Source of the DNA: Clostridia bacterium
GTDB taxonomy: Bacteria > Bacillota > Clostridia > Christensenellales > UBA3700
DNA: 64,000 nt
Reading direction: 5' to 3'
Assembly (NCBI GenBank): GCA_029068165.1
Contig: JAIEDA010000018.1
Span: 3,076-67,075 of the forward strand
The notes below the pieces were generated by a model that ran no database searches, was not told the DNA's origin, and saw only the letters and a list, made by a program, of their open reading frames with translations. Of this stretch, positions 1 to 8,791 are shown piece by piece. Position 1 is the stretch's first letter, and every line of letters starts with the position of its first letter. The translations under genes were made by a program, and so were the position numbers.

Positions 1-620
1 AGATTCACGGCTACAACGTAGTGAGTTCAAAGCAAGTTATCAACGCCGCGCAAAACGGACGTAAACTGCCTGAAAAAGCGGTTATGCTGACGTTTGACGA
101 CGGTTATCTCAACAACTTAAAATACGCCGCGCCGCTGCTTGAAGAATACGGCTTCGTAGGTCTATTCTCAGTCGTGGGCGACTACACCGAGTTTGACAAA
201 GAGCATACCCCTAAAGGCAGCGACTTTGTCTATTTCGGTTGGGACGATATGAAAGAGGCAAATTCCAACGACTTTATCGAAATAGGACTGCACTCTTATT
301 CGTTGCATTACACCAAACCTCGTAAGGGCGTTGGCAAGATAAGCGGCGAGAGCGGCGAAGAGTATAAGAGTATGCTCTTGGAAGATACGGACAAGCTTTT
401 AGGCGCTTTGCGCAAAATCGGTATCAGCTCAAACGTATACGCCTATCCTTTCGGCGAGTACTGCAAAGAAAGCGAGCAAGTCCTTAAAAGCAGGGGGATA
501 GTTATGACGTTGACTTGCAACGAGGGAGTAAACCATATCTATACCGCTGAAGATTTGTATCTTTTGAGGCGATTTAATCGCGACGCTACCAAAGCCGAAT
601 TGCGAGAAATAATAGGTTGA
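1..620 (+). CDS. polysaccharide deacetylase (NodB/CE4 type), 5' end outside window
   Basis: The frame stays open from nt 3. Motifs LTFDDG, GLHSYSLH and YAYPFGE are present. The listed ORF start (GTG 21) is probably internal. Confidence 0.8.
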   Translation, partial: IHGYNVVSSKQVINAAQNGRKLPEKAVMLTFDDGYLNNLKYAAPLLEEYGFVGLFSVVGDYTEFDKEHTPKGSDFVYFGWDDMKEANSNDFIEIGLHSYSLHYTKPRKGVGKISGESGEEYKSMLLEDTDKLLGALRKIGISSNVYAYPFGEYCKESEQVLKSRGIVMTLTCNEGVNHIYTAEDLYLLRRFNRDATKAELREIIG

Positions 621-692
621 CGTAGCGAGAGAATTGCGAGAAATAATTGAAAAATTACTATATATCCGATATAATAAATACGAGGCATATTT

Positions 693-1007
693 ATGAGTTT
701 TTACGACGAAGTTTATTCAGTGGTAATAAAAATACCAAAAGGCAAAGTCGCGACTTACGGTCAAATTGCAAGGCTGTTGGATTCTCCTCGCGCTTCGAGA
801 GCGGTGGGATACGCTTTGCACTTCAATCCGTCGCCTATCGTCATTCCTTGCCACAGGGTAGTAAATAGGGACGGAAGGCTGGCGCCCGCTTTTGCATTCG
901 GCGGGCAGGAAGTCCAAGCTAAGTTGTTGAGCGACGAGGGCGTAACCGTAAACGACGACTTTACCGTCGATTTAAGTAAATATCTTTGGGAAGTCGACGT
1001 AAAATGA
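693..1007 (+). CDS. MGMT-family DNA-binding domain protein (stand-alone Ogt C-terminal domain)
   Basis: 104 aa with YGQIA...RAVG...PCHRVV, so the active-site Cys motif PCHR is intact. There is no N-terminal Ogt domain. Its stop overlaps the next start (ATGA at 1004-1007). Confidence 0.8.
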   Translation: MSFYDEVYSVVIKIPKGKVATYGQIARLLDSPRASRAVGYALHFNPSPIVIPCHRVVNRDGRLAPAFAFGGQEVQAKLLSDEGVTVNDDFTVDLSKYLWEVDVK

Positions 1008-1894
1008 GTGGCGTACGCAGGCTGGAATATACAGCCGAATTTGACGGCAGCGTAGACGATTTGCTTTCGGCGGCAGGTATTTCGTCAACCGTTAGGGTTA
1101 GACTTAGAAAAGAGTTTGGACTAATTTGCAAAGTAAGCGAGGGCGGCGAAGAGCCGATAAAAATAATCGATTGCGTAAAACGCGGCGAGAAGTTTTGTAT
1201 TTATCTCAAGGATTTGGACGTCAAACCTATACCTAAGTGGGATTATCCTATCAATATAGTCTATCAGGACGAGGATATTGCAGTGATTGACAAGCAAGCG
1301 GGAGTAGCGGTCATACCCACGAAAAGGCATTACGGCAAAAGCCTTGCCAACGCCTTAGCAAGCGTATGGGGAGATTTTGTCTACCGTCCCGTCAACCGCT
1401 TGGATAGAGATACTTCAGGTCTTATGATAGTCGCGAAAAACCAACTTGCGCACAGCGTACTCGCTGCGGCGCATATCTATAGAGAGTACGTCGGTCTTTG
1501 CCAGGGCGAGTTTGTCGGCGAGCCTAGCGGAGTAATTGACGAACCGATAAAGCGAATAGGTTTGGGTATGAAGAGGGCGGTCGCGCCTGATGGAGATAGA
1601 GCCGTTACGCATTACGAAGTGATTAAAAGCTACAAAGAATATTTCGCCTGTCGATTTATTTTGGATACGGGTCGAACTCACCAAATAAGAGTACATACGG
1701 CGCATATCGGTCATCCGCTTTGTTGCGATAGATTGTATAATCCCGGCGCCCGTTCGATAATTTGTCCCGACGGCAAAGTTCTAGACAGGCAAGCATTGCA
1801 CTCTTGCAGGATACGCTTTACTCACCCGATAGACGGCAGGAAAATGGAGTTGACAAGTCCGCCGCCGTTTTTACCCCAAAACGATTTAGATTAA
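1004..1894 (+). CDS. RluA-family pseudouridine synthase
   Basis: RLDRDTSGLMIVAKN (catalytic Asp motif) and GRTHQIRVH. ATG 1004 overlaps the upstream stop and is preferred over TTG 986. Confidence 0.85.
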   Translation: MSGVRRLEYTAEFDGSVDDLLSAAGISSTVRVRLRKEFGLICKVSEGGEEPIKIIDCVKRGEKFCIYLKDLDVKPIPKWDYPINIVYQDEDIAVIDKQAGVAVIPTKRHYGKSLANALASVWGDFVYRPVNRLDRDTSGLMIVAKNQLAHSVLAAAHIYREYVGLCQGEFVGEPSGVIDEPIKRIGLGMKRAVAPDGDRAVTHYEVIKSYKEYFACRFILDTGRTHQIRVHTAHIGHPLCCDRLYNPGARSIICPDGKVLDRQALHSCRIRFTHPIDGRKMELTSPPPFLPQNDLD

Positions 1895-1993
1895 GGAGAG
1901 AATATGACAGCGTTGCGCTCGCCGCGTTGGACGACGAACGGCTTTTGCAGTTGGCGGATATATCATATCAAAGAGCGCTTGAAAAACTTTAAT

Positions 1994-2022
1994 TGACAAT
2001 ATAAATATAATAATCTATAATA
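1994..2022 (+). promoter_or_regulatory. sigma-A type promoter for the alcohol dehydrogenase gene
   Basis: TTGACA (1994-1999), a 17-nt spacer, then TATAAT (2017-2022), about 50 nt upstream of ATG 2075. Confidence 0.6.
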
Positions 2023-2074
2023 TTAAAGGATTTATCTCGTATCAAAGGGAAATCAAAAGGAGAGCTGTTGCTTT

Positions 2075-3280
2075 ATGAATATTTTTCAAAAATCTTGGTG
2101 TAGATTTTATCAAAAGACTATATACGCGGTTTCGCCGTTCTTGCCTTGGCGCCAACCTAAGCTTTTGGACTTAAAGGAAGGAATCAAGGACCTGCCGAAG
2201 TTTATAAAGGACAAAGGTTTTAAATGCGCGCTTTTGGTCACCGACCCTATGCTCATAAATTTGGGTATGCCTAAGCCGTTTGTCGACGCTTGCGAAGAGC
2301 AGGGGCTTAAGCTCGCAATCTTCGGCGACGTTGTACCAAATCCTACTATCGACGTGGTAGAGAAGGCTTTGCAAACTTACAAGGACGAAAACTGCGAATG
2401 TATCGTTGCTCTCGGCGGCGGTTCGTCAATGGACTGCGCTAAGGCAGTGGGCGCAAGAGTAGCTTGTCCCAAGAAGCCTATCGCGAAGATGAAAGGTATT
2501 CTCAAAGTAAGGAAGAAACTTCCTATGCTCGTAGCAATTCCTACGACGGCAGGTACGGGCAGCGAAACGACTCTAGCGGCGGTTATTTCCAACGCCGAAA
2601 CGCACGAAAAATATTCTATCAACGATCACGCGTTGATACCCGAGTACGCGGTGCTTGACGCTTCGCTTACGTTGGGACTTCCCAAGCACATTACGTCGAC
2701 TACGGGAATGGACGCGCTTACTCACGCGGTAGAGGCGTACATAGGAAAGAGCAATACAAAGCAAACTAAGCAAATGGCGGAAAAGGCTGTCAAATTAATT
2801 TTCGACAATATCTTGACCGCGTACGAGAACGGAAGCGATTTCGCTGCAAGAGAGAATATGCTCAAAGGCTCTTTCTACGCGGGCGCGGCGTTCACTAGAG
2901 CGTACGTTGGTTACGTACACGCTATTGCGCATACGCTGGGCGGCTTTTACCACACTCCGCACGGTCTTGCAAATTCGGTCATACTACCCGTAATTCTGGA
3001 TTTCTACGGCGCAAGTATTTATAAAAAGCTTGCTAAGCTTGCCGATATCGTAGGCATTAGCGGCGAAAGCGACGAGCAAAAGGCTAAAGCGTTTATTCAA
3101 AAGATTAAGGATATGAACAAGCAAATGAATATCCCCGAAAAGTTTGAGGGCGTAATCAAGGAAGAGGATATTCCGCTTATGGTTGAGCGCGCTTACAAAG
3201 AGGCTTGTCCGCTCTATCCCGTGCCTAAGTTTATGAGCAAGCAACAACTTGCCGATACGTATCGCAGCCTGATGGGTTGA
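2075..3280 (+). CDS. iron-containing alcohol dehydrogenase
   Basis: 401 aa with GGGSSMDCAKAV and a His-rich metal site (HAIAHTLGG...TPHG). SD AAAGGAGAG lies upstream. Confidence 0.85.
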   Translation: MNIFQKSWCRFYQKTIYAVSPFLPWRQPKLLDLKEGIKDLPKFIKDKGFKCALLVTDPMLINLGMPKPFVDACEEQGLKLAIFGDVVPNPTIDVVEKALQTYKDENCECIVALGGGSSMDCAKAVGARVACPKKPIAKMKGILKVRKKLPMLVAIPTTAGTGSETTLAAVISNAETHEKYSINDHALIPEYAVLDASLTLGLPKHITSTTGMDALTHAVEAYIGKSNTKQTKQMAEKAVKLIFDNILTAYENGSDFAARENMLKGSFYAGAAFTRAYVGYVHAIAHTLGGFYHTPHGLANSVILPVILDFYGASIYKKLAKLADIVGISGESDEQKAKAFIQKIKDMNKQMNIPEKFEGVIKEEDIPLMVERAYKEACPLYPVPKFMSKQQLADTYRSLMG

Positions 3281-3900
3281 GTATGTCCAAAAAGTGTATT
3301 TTGGTAGGCGGCGGAGAATTTTGCCGCGAAAAGTTCAAGGTCGAAAAAGACGTACCCGTGGTGGCGGTAGATAGCGGCTACGAGTACGTAAAAGACCTAG
3401 TCAAACCTTATCTCGTAGTAGGCGATTTCGATTCGCTGGGTTATTTTCCTAGCGGCGAAAAGTTGGTTATACGCGACCCCGTCAAGGACTTTACCGATAT
3501 GTATATAGCCGTTGAGTATATGGCGGAGAGAGGTTACTGCGAGTTTGAGATATACGGCGGATTGGGCAAACGTTTGGATCACACCGTCGCCAATTTTCAA
3601 ATGGCTCGCGGTTTCGTAGAGAAAGGTCTTAAAATCAAATTTATAGGCTCGACGGAAGAGGTAGAGTTTATTACTGACGATTTTTACGCTAGAGGCGAGG
3701 CAGGAGAAACGTTTTCGCTGTTTGCGTTTGGCGATTGTAAGGGCGTCACTATTCAAAACGCTAAATACAATCTTGAAAACGCTTCGCTTTCCGACTCTTT
3801 CCCTTTGGGCGTGAGCAACGAATTTATAGGCGAGTGGTGCTATATCGCCGTAAAAGAGGGCGTATTGATTTATATCCGTTTGGATAAAGGCGTAGAGTAG
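3277..3900 (+). CDS. thiN: thiamine diphosphokinase
   Basis: 207 aa with the VVGDFDSL motif and TPK-like length. The start is either TTG 3277 (overlaps the adh stop) or ATG 3283. Confidence 0.75.
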   Translation: MSMSKKCILVGGGEFCREKFKVEKDVPVVAVDSGYEYVKDLVKPYLVVGDFDSLGYFPSGEKLVIRDPVKDFTDMYIAVEYMAERGYCEFEIYGGLGKRLDHTVANFQMARGFVEKGLKIKFIGSTEEVEFITDDFYARGEAGETFSLFAFGDCKGVTIQNAKYNLENASLSDSFPLGVSNEFIGEWCYIAVKEGVLIYIRLDKGVE

Positions 3901-3903
3901 ATT

Positions 3904-4557
3904 ATGAACAAGCAAAAGATAATAGCGTTTGACTTAGACGGAACAGTACTCGATACGTTGCCCGACATCGCGACGGCGGCGAATTTCGCGCTCAAAAGTT
4001 TGGGCTTTCCCGAACAGTCTTTGGAGAGCGTGCGTACGTATATCGGTCGAGGGATACGCAATCTTCTCAAAGACCTTATGGGTTGCGACGACGAGGAGGT
4101 CTTGGAAAATTGCAGGAGCATTTTCAAAGACTATTACGATAAAAACAAATCCGTTACGACGAAGCCTTACGACGGAATTATAGACCTACTTAATGCGCTC
4201 AAGCAAAAAGGTTATTTGCTTTATCTAATTTCCAATAAGTACGAGTTTGCGACCAAGCAGCTCGTAGAGCAGTTTTTCGCGGGGGTATTCGACGGGGTTT
4301 ACGGAAGTTTAGACGATAGACCCGCCAAACCCGATAGAGCGATATTCGATTACGTTTGCGATATTCACGGACTTTCAAAAGACGGTATAATCTACGTGGG
4401 CGACAGCGAAGTGGATTACGAGTTTGCCAAAAATTGCGGTATGGAATTTATTGCCGTAAGTTGGGGCTTTAGGACGAGAAGCCAACTGGAGAATTTGGGA
4501 GTTAAAGTTATCGCTGACAGCGTAAAAGAACTCGCCGACCTCTTGAATTTGTTTTGA
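3904..4557 (+). CDS. HAD-family hydrolase (phosphoglycolate-phosphatase-like)
   Basis: IIAFDLDGTVLDT (motif I), LISNK and YVGDSEVD (motif IV). It starts 3 nt after thiN. Confidence 0.75.
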   Translation: MNKQKIIAFDLDGTVLDTLPDIATAANFALKSLGFPEQSLESVRTYIGRGIRNLLKDLMGCDDEEVLENCRSIFKDYYDKNKSVTTKPYDGIIDLLNALKQKGYLLYLISNKYEFATKQLVEQFFAGVFDGVYGSLDDRPAKPDRAIFDYVCDIHGLSKDGIIYVGDSEVDYEFAKNCGMEFIAVSWGFRTRSQLENLGVKVIADSVKELADLLNLF

Positions 4558-4642
4558 CGGGCATTTCAATTAGTCAAATTGGTTGGAGCGAAGCGCGGTC
4601 GAAACAACTTGCTATCGATTGGGAAACGGGTCGCTTAAAAAC

Positions 4643-4671
4643 TTGACTATATAGTATTAATATAGTAAAAT
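4643..4671 (+). promoter_or_regulatory. promoter of the TPP-riboswitch/thiD transcript
   Basis: TTGACT (4643-4648), a 17-nt spacer, then TAAAAT (4666-4671), just upstream of the riboswitch. Confidence 0.55.
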
Positions 4672-4693
4672 ATAAACAACTGAATAATAAATT

Positions 4694-4790
4694 GCAGGGG
4701 GACTTGCGCGCGGCGAGCCGCGTAATAGTTGAGAAGGTAAAACCTGACCCTTAGAACCTGATACGGTTAGGACCGACGTAGGAAGCATTG
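4694..4790 (+). promoter_or_regulatory. TPP (THI-box) riboswitch
   Basis: GGGGAC...UUGAGA...ACCUGACCCUUAGAACCUGAUACGGUUAGGACCGACGUAGGAAGC matches the conserved UGAGA and ACCUGAU...CGUAGGAA thi-box core. It sits upstream of thiD-tenA-thiE. Confidence 0.9.
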
Positions 4791-4804
4791 ATTATAATTT
4801 AGAT

Positions 4805-4833
4805 ATGACTTGCTATGCGGCAAGTCATTTTTT
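4805..4833 (+). terminator. riboswitch expression-platform intrinsic terminator
   Basis: A perfect 9-bp stem, ATGACTTGC / GCAAGTCAT, followed by TTTTTT. It ends 17 nt before the thiD ATG. Confidence 0.8.
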
Positions 4834-4849
4834 ATAGGAGAAAAAAGCA

Positions 4850-5641
4850 ATGAAAACAGCGTTGACAATCGCAGGCTCGGACTGCAGCGGCGGAGCGGGA
4901 GTTCAGGCGGATATAAAGACAATGTCCGCAATCGGCGTATTCGCAATGAGCGTTATAGTTTCGGTCGTTGCCGAAAACACTAGCAGGGTTATATCTATCG
5001 AGGACGTGTCGCCTAAGACTATAGCCGACCAAATCGACGCGGTATTTGAAGATATTTCCGTCGACGCGGTCAAAGTAGGAATGTTATCTTCGCCCGACTG
5101 TATGAAAACGGTAGCGGAAAAACTTACGCAGTACAAACCTAAGCATATCGTTATAGACCCCGTTATGTACGCGAAAAACGGTTGTCCGCTAATGCAAGAG
5201 TCGGCAATAGACACGCTTATAAAGACGGTGATACCTATCGCTACGCTTCTCACGCCGAATATTCCCGAAGCGGAGAAAATATCTGGGATGAAGATAGAAA
5301 CGGTTGAGGATATGAAAACTGCCGCTCGCAAGATCGTAGAGCTTGGAGCTAAGGCGGTACTCGTCAAAGGCGGACACTATATCGGCGACGCGCGCGACGT
5401 GCTGTACGACGGCAAAGAGTATAGAGAGTACGTAAGCAAGCGCATCGACACGAAGAATACTCACGGAACGGGTTGTACGCTCTCGAGCGCTATCGCGTCG
5501 TATTTGGCGTTGGGAGAGAGTTTAGACAGCGCGGTAGAAAATGCCAAATCGTACGTCACCGGCGCTATTGAAAACGCTTTGGAACTGGGCAAGGGTTGCG
5601 GACCTACGCATCACTTTTTCAAATATTATAAAAACAGCTAA
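4850..5641 (+). CDS. thiD: hydroxymethylpyrimidine/phosphomethylpyrimidine kinase
   Basis: ALTIAGSDCSGGAGVQADIKT and GTGCTLSSAIA. SD AGGAGA lies upstream. Confidence 0.9.
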   Translation: MKTALTIAGSDCSGGAGVQADIKTMSAIGVFAMSVIVSVVAENTSRVISIEDVSPKTIADQIDAVFEDISVDAVKVGMLSSPDCMKTVAEKLTQYKPKHIVIDPVMYAKNGCPLMQESAIDTLIKTVIPIATLLTPNIPEAEKISGMKIETVEDMKTAARKIVELGAKAVLVKGGHYIGDARDVLYDGKEYREYVSKRIDTKNTHGTGCTLSSAIASYLALGESLDSAVENAKSYVTGAIENALELGKGCGPTHHFFKYYKNS

Positions 5642-5653
5642 GGAGAAACGGCT

Positions 5654-6310
5654 ATGAAATTTATGGACGGAATTATCAAAAATTCCTTGCGTCTTTGGGA
5701 AGACGCGGCAAACGAAACTTTTCTTGAAGAAATGGGAAAGGGCACGCTGGATAGGCAAAAGTTTTTGGACTATATCGTTCAAGACAGCATATATTTGAGA
5801 GATTATCTCAAAGCGTTTGCAATGGCAATGTACAAGAGCGATTCGCTCAAGCAAATGCAAGTATTCTATTCAATTTTAGGCTTCGTCAACGACAGCGAAA
5901 ACGCAACGAGGCTAAAGTATTTGCAAGATAACGGTATGACCGACGACGACGTGGAAAAGATCCAAAGAAAGCCCGCTTGCAAAGCGTATACTCAGTTTTT
6001 GCTTGACACTGCAAAGGATGAGGAAATACCCGAAATACTTATGGCAGTTATGCCGTGTATGTTGGGATACTATTACGTGTTCAAGTCCGTACTCGATAGA
6101 TATCCGTCCGTTATGCAGTCGTATTTTGCGCCGTTGGTAGGAGATTATACGAGCGAGTTTTATAAACAGTGCTGCGAGTATTGGACGGAGTACTGCAATG
6201 AAATTTGCAAGGGAATCGAGGGCGAGAGAAAAGAAAAACTCAACAAGCTTTTTGAAGAGGCAAGCGCTCACGAACTCTACTTTTGGCAAATGGCTGGAGG
6301 CAAAAATTGA
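5654..6310 (+). CDS. tenA: thiaminase II / aminopyrimidine aminohydrolase (TenA family)
   Basis: 218 aa with [20 protein letters not shown], typical of TenA. SD AAGGAGA. Thiamine gene context. Confidence 0.85.
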   Translation: MKFMDGIIKNSLRLWEDAANETFLEEMGKGTLDRQKFLDYIVQDSIYLRDYLKAFAMAMYKSDSLKQMQVFYSILGFVNDSENATRLKYLQDNGMTDDDVEKIQRKPACKAYTQFLLDTAKDEEIPEILMAVMPCMLGYYYVFKSVLDRYPSVMQSYFAPLVGDYTSEFYKQCCEYWTEYCNEICKGIEGERKEKLNKLFEEASAHELYFWQMAGGKN

Positions 6311-6942
6311 TAGATAAGAGTCAAGTCGATTACTCGCTGTATCTTTGCACGGATAGGCAGCTTATGAGCGACGCGACTATCGAAGAGTGCGTTGAAAAAG
6401 CGCTCAAGGGCGGCGTTGGCTTAGTCCAGCTAAGAGAAAAGGACTGCTCGAGCAAGGAGTTTTATAATATCGCTTTGAGCGTAAAGCGCGTGACCGATAG
6501 TTACGGCGTTCCGCTGATTATCAACGATAGAGTGGATATAGCGCTTGCGGTAGGCGCGGCGGGAGTTCACGTCGGGCAAAGCGATATTCCTTGCGAAAGA
6601 GTGAGAGAAATCGTAGGCGACGATATGATAATCGGCGTATCCGCCGCTACCGTTGACGAAGCTATCAAAGCGGAGCGGGACGGCGCCGACTATATCGGCG
6701 TAGGCGCTATGTATTCCACTTCAACAAAGAGTAATACTAGAAGCGTGAGTATAGAGCGGCTTAAAGAGATTCGCAAAGCTGTAAGGATACCTATCGTCGC
6801 AATAGGCGGAATAAATAAGCAAAGGGTCGGCGACTTTAAAGGTACGGATATTGACGGAATAGCCGTAGTGTCGGCAATCGTCGCGCAAGACGACGTAGAG
6901 AGCGCGGCAAGAGAACTCAAAAACGCTGTGAGCGAACTCTAA
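6307..6942 (+). CDS. thiE: thiamine-phosphate synthase
   Basis: LYLCTD..., VQLREKD and [11 protein letters not shown] 6307, preceded by GGAGG (6295-6299), is preferred over the listed ATG 6283. Confidence 0.85.
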   Translation: MIDKSQVDYSLYLCTDRQLMSDATIEECVEKALKGGVGLVQLREKDCSSKEFYNIALSVKRVTDSYGVPLIINDRVDIALAVGAAGVHVGQSDIPCERVREIVGDDMIIGVSAATVDEAIKAERDGADYIGVGAMYSTSTKSNTRSVSIERLKEIRKAVRIPIVAIGGINKQRVGDFKGTDIDGIAVVSAIVAQDDVESAARELKNAVSEL

Positions 6943-6955
6943 TTTCGCTCCTTAA

Positions 6956-6977
6956 TCGAAATATCTCAACGGTGTGA
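6956..6977 (+). repeat. partial copy (3' half) of the dispersed intergenic repeat
   Basis: TCGAAATATCTCAACGGTGTGA shares the TCGAAATATCTCA core with 7199-7211, 20988-21000 and 56103-56115. Confidence 0.6.
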
Positions 6978-6994
6978 TATTAAGTTTTTGCTTA

Positions 6995-7103
6995 TTAAGC
7001 GGGTTTGCCCAATAAGCGCACATATTTTTTGGCGTAACGCAACTAATATTCAATAGCAAGAGGCGTCAAAAATATGTAGGTTATTTTAGCAAACCCCGCT
7101 TAA
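6995..7103. repeat. long imperfect inverted repeat (about 40-nt arms, about 29-nt loop)
   Basis: TTAAGCGGGTTTGC...ACATATTTTTTGGCG (6995-7034) pairs with CGTCAAAAATATGT...GCAAACCCCGCTTAA (7064-7103). Confidence 0.6.
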
Positions 7104-7170
7104 CCGCTCAAACCGAGTAAGTATCTTCGTCACCCTGAGTGTAGAAATAACGAGCGAAAGCAATACAACT

Positions 7171-7214
7171 CGTCATATTGAGCGAAGCATAGCGAAGTCG
7201 AAATATCTCACACC
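7171..7214 (+). repeat. full-length copy of the dispersed intergenic repeat
   Basis: CGTCATATTGAGCGAAGCATAGCGAAGTCGAAATATCTCACACC. It is nearly identical, apart from a 5-nt indel, to the reverse complement of 61431-61466. Confidence 0.75.
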
Positions 7215-7325
7215 TTAATAATTTTGCCATTGATTAAATTTGTTAGTCATGATTGTGACTTGTCAAGACATTAGCTCTTGTATATGATAATATTTACCTA
7301 TAAATAAATTATGGGGAGTAAAAAT

Positions 7326-7547
7326 ATGCAAGACAACGAAACAAGGACCAAATCAAGACTAAACGAACGAATTATACTCAACTATATCAAAGAAAATAAT
7401 CTTACGATACAAGAATTTTGTCAGCGATGTAAAATCAGCAAATCTACTTATTACAAAATAATGAATAGAGAAAATATCCGGTTGTTGTCTTTTATAAAGA
7501 TTGCAAGCATTATAAAATTACCGTTTAATAAATTTTTTGAAGAATAA
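7326..7547 (+). CDS. small XRE/Cro-type helix-turn-helix protein
   Basis: LTIQEFCQRCKISKSTYYKIMNRE...LSFIKIASIIKLPFNKFF fits an HTH_XRE layout. GGGGAG (7313-7318) lies 7 nt before ATG 7326, and the listed start 7311 is also possible. The gene is visibly AT-rich. Confidence 0.65.
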   Translation: MQDNETRTKSRLNERIILNYIKENNLTIQEFCQRCKISKSTYYKIMNRENIRLLSFIKIASIIKLPFNKFFEE

Positions 7548-7583
7548 AAAGACCTCGCAAATTTCGCGAGGTCTTAAGTTTTT
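7545..7583. terminator. bidirectional intrinsic terminator (XRE gene / fba)
   Basis: AAAAAGACCTCGC-aaatttc-GCGAGGTCTTAAGTTTTT, with an A-tract and a T-tract flanking a 9-bp stem between convergent genes. Confidence 0.8.
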
Positions 7584-7595
7584 AGCGGTAATAAA

Positions 7596-8549
7596 TTACT
7601 TGCCGAGGATTTCGCTAGCCTTGCCTGCGCAACCGAGTACGTTTACAAGCTTGTGCTTAACGATTGCCTTGATGTTGGCTCTAGCGTCGCCGAGGTATTG
7701 TCTTGGGTCGAAGTGGTCGGGATGCTCTACGAAGTGCTTACGGATACCTGCGGTGCAAGCCATTCTAAGGTCGGAGTCGATATTGATCTTACATACTGCC
7801 ATAGAAGCTGCTTGACGGAGCATATCTTCGGGCACGCCGATTGCATCGTTGAGCTTGCCGCCGTTTTCGTTTACTATCTTAACGAACTCTTGCGGAACGG
7901 AAGAAGCGCCGTGCAATACTATCGGGAACTTCGGAAGTCTTTTGCTTACTTCTTCAAGAATGTCAAAACGAAGTTGCGGCTTCGTGCCCGGCTTAAACTT
8001 GAAAGCGCCGTGCGAAGTGCCGATAGCGATAGCAAGAGAGTCGACGCCGGTCTTGGTAACGAATTCTTCAACTTCTTCGGGACGGGTATAGGAGCTGTCT
8101 TCAGCGGAAACCTTAATATCGTCCTCAACGCCTGCAAGACGTCCGAGTTCGCCCTCAACGGTTACGCCGTGGTCGTGAGCGTAAGCTACGACTTTCTTAG
8201 TAAGCTCGATATTATCCTTGAAAGAGAGGTGGCTTCCGTCTATCATAACGGAGTTGAAACCGCCGTCGATACAGCTTTTGCAAAGTTCGAAGCTGTCGCC
8301 GTGGTCAAGGTGCAAGCAAATAGGAAGATGACTAACTTCTTCGGCAGCCTCTACCATTTTGCGAAGATAAGTCGGGTTAGCGTACTTTCTTGCGCCGGAA
8401 GATACTTGAAGGATGAGAGGAGCGTTCTCTTCGGTAGCGGCTTCTACGATACCTTGGATAATCTCCATATTGTTTACGTTGAAAGCGCCGATAGCGTAGT
8501 TACCTGCGTAGGCTTTTTCAAACATTTTCTTTGATGTTACAAGTGGCAT
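7596..8549 (-). CDS. fba: class II fructose-1,6-bisphosphate aldolase
   Basis: 317 aa with YAIGAFNVNNMEI, LHLDHG and HGASS, typical of FbaA. SD GGAGGT. Confidence 0.95.
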   Translation of the reverse strand: MPLVTSKKMFEKAYAGNYAIGAFNVNNMEIIQGIVEAATEENAPLILQVSSGARKYANPTYLRKMVEAAEEVSHLPICLHLDHGDSFELCKSCIDGGFNSVMIDGSHLSFKDNIELTKKVVAYAHDHGVTVEGELGRLAGVEDDIKVSAEDSSYTRPEEVEEFVTKTGVDSLAIAIGTSHGAFKFKPGTKPQLRFDILEEVSKRLPKFPIVLHGASSVPQEFVKIVNENGGKLNDAIGVPEDMLRQAASMAVCKINIDSDLRMACTAGIRKHFVEHPDHFDPRQYLGDARANIKAIVKHKLVNVLGCAGKASEILGK

Positions 8550-8579
8550 AAAATAACCTCCAAATTTATTATCAACTAG

Positions 8580-8608
8580 ATTTTATCACACGCGAGGATA
8601 AATTGCAA
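8580..8608 (-). promoter_or_regulatory. fba promoter
   Basis: On the minus strand, TTGCAA (8608-8603), a 17-nt spacer, then TAAAAT (8585-8580), preceded by TGa (extended -10). Confidence 0.55.
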
Positions 8609-8791
8609 GCGGTTTTTTGCTCGTGCGACCGAAAAGGCGACTTCGATAAGAGTTTTGCCAAAAAATAGCAAAACTTTGCAATACGGTTTTACAAAACCCT
8701 TTCAAAAGGATATAATAAAAATATATTTAGTGCGCGACAATTTGCTTCAATCATGCTCAAAGCGACGTTTGAATAGTGTTAACAGCTTTTT

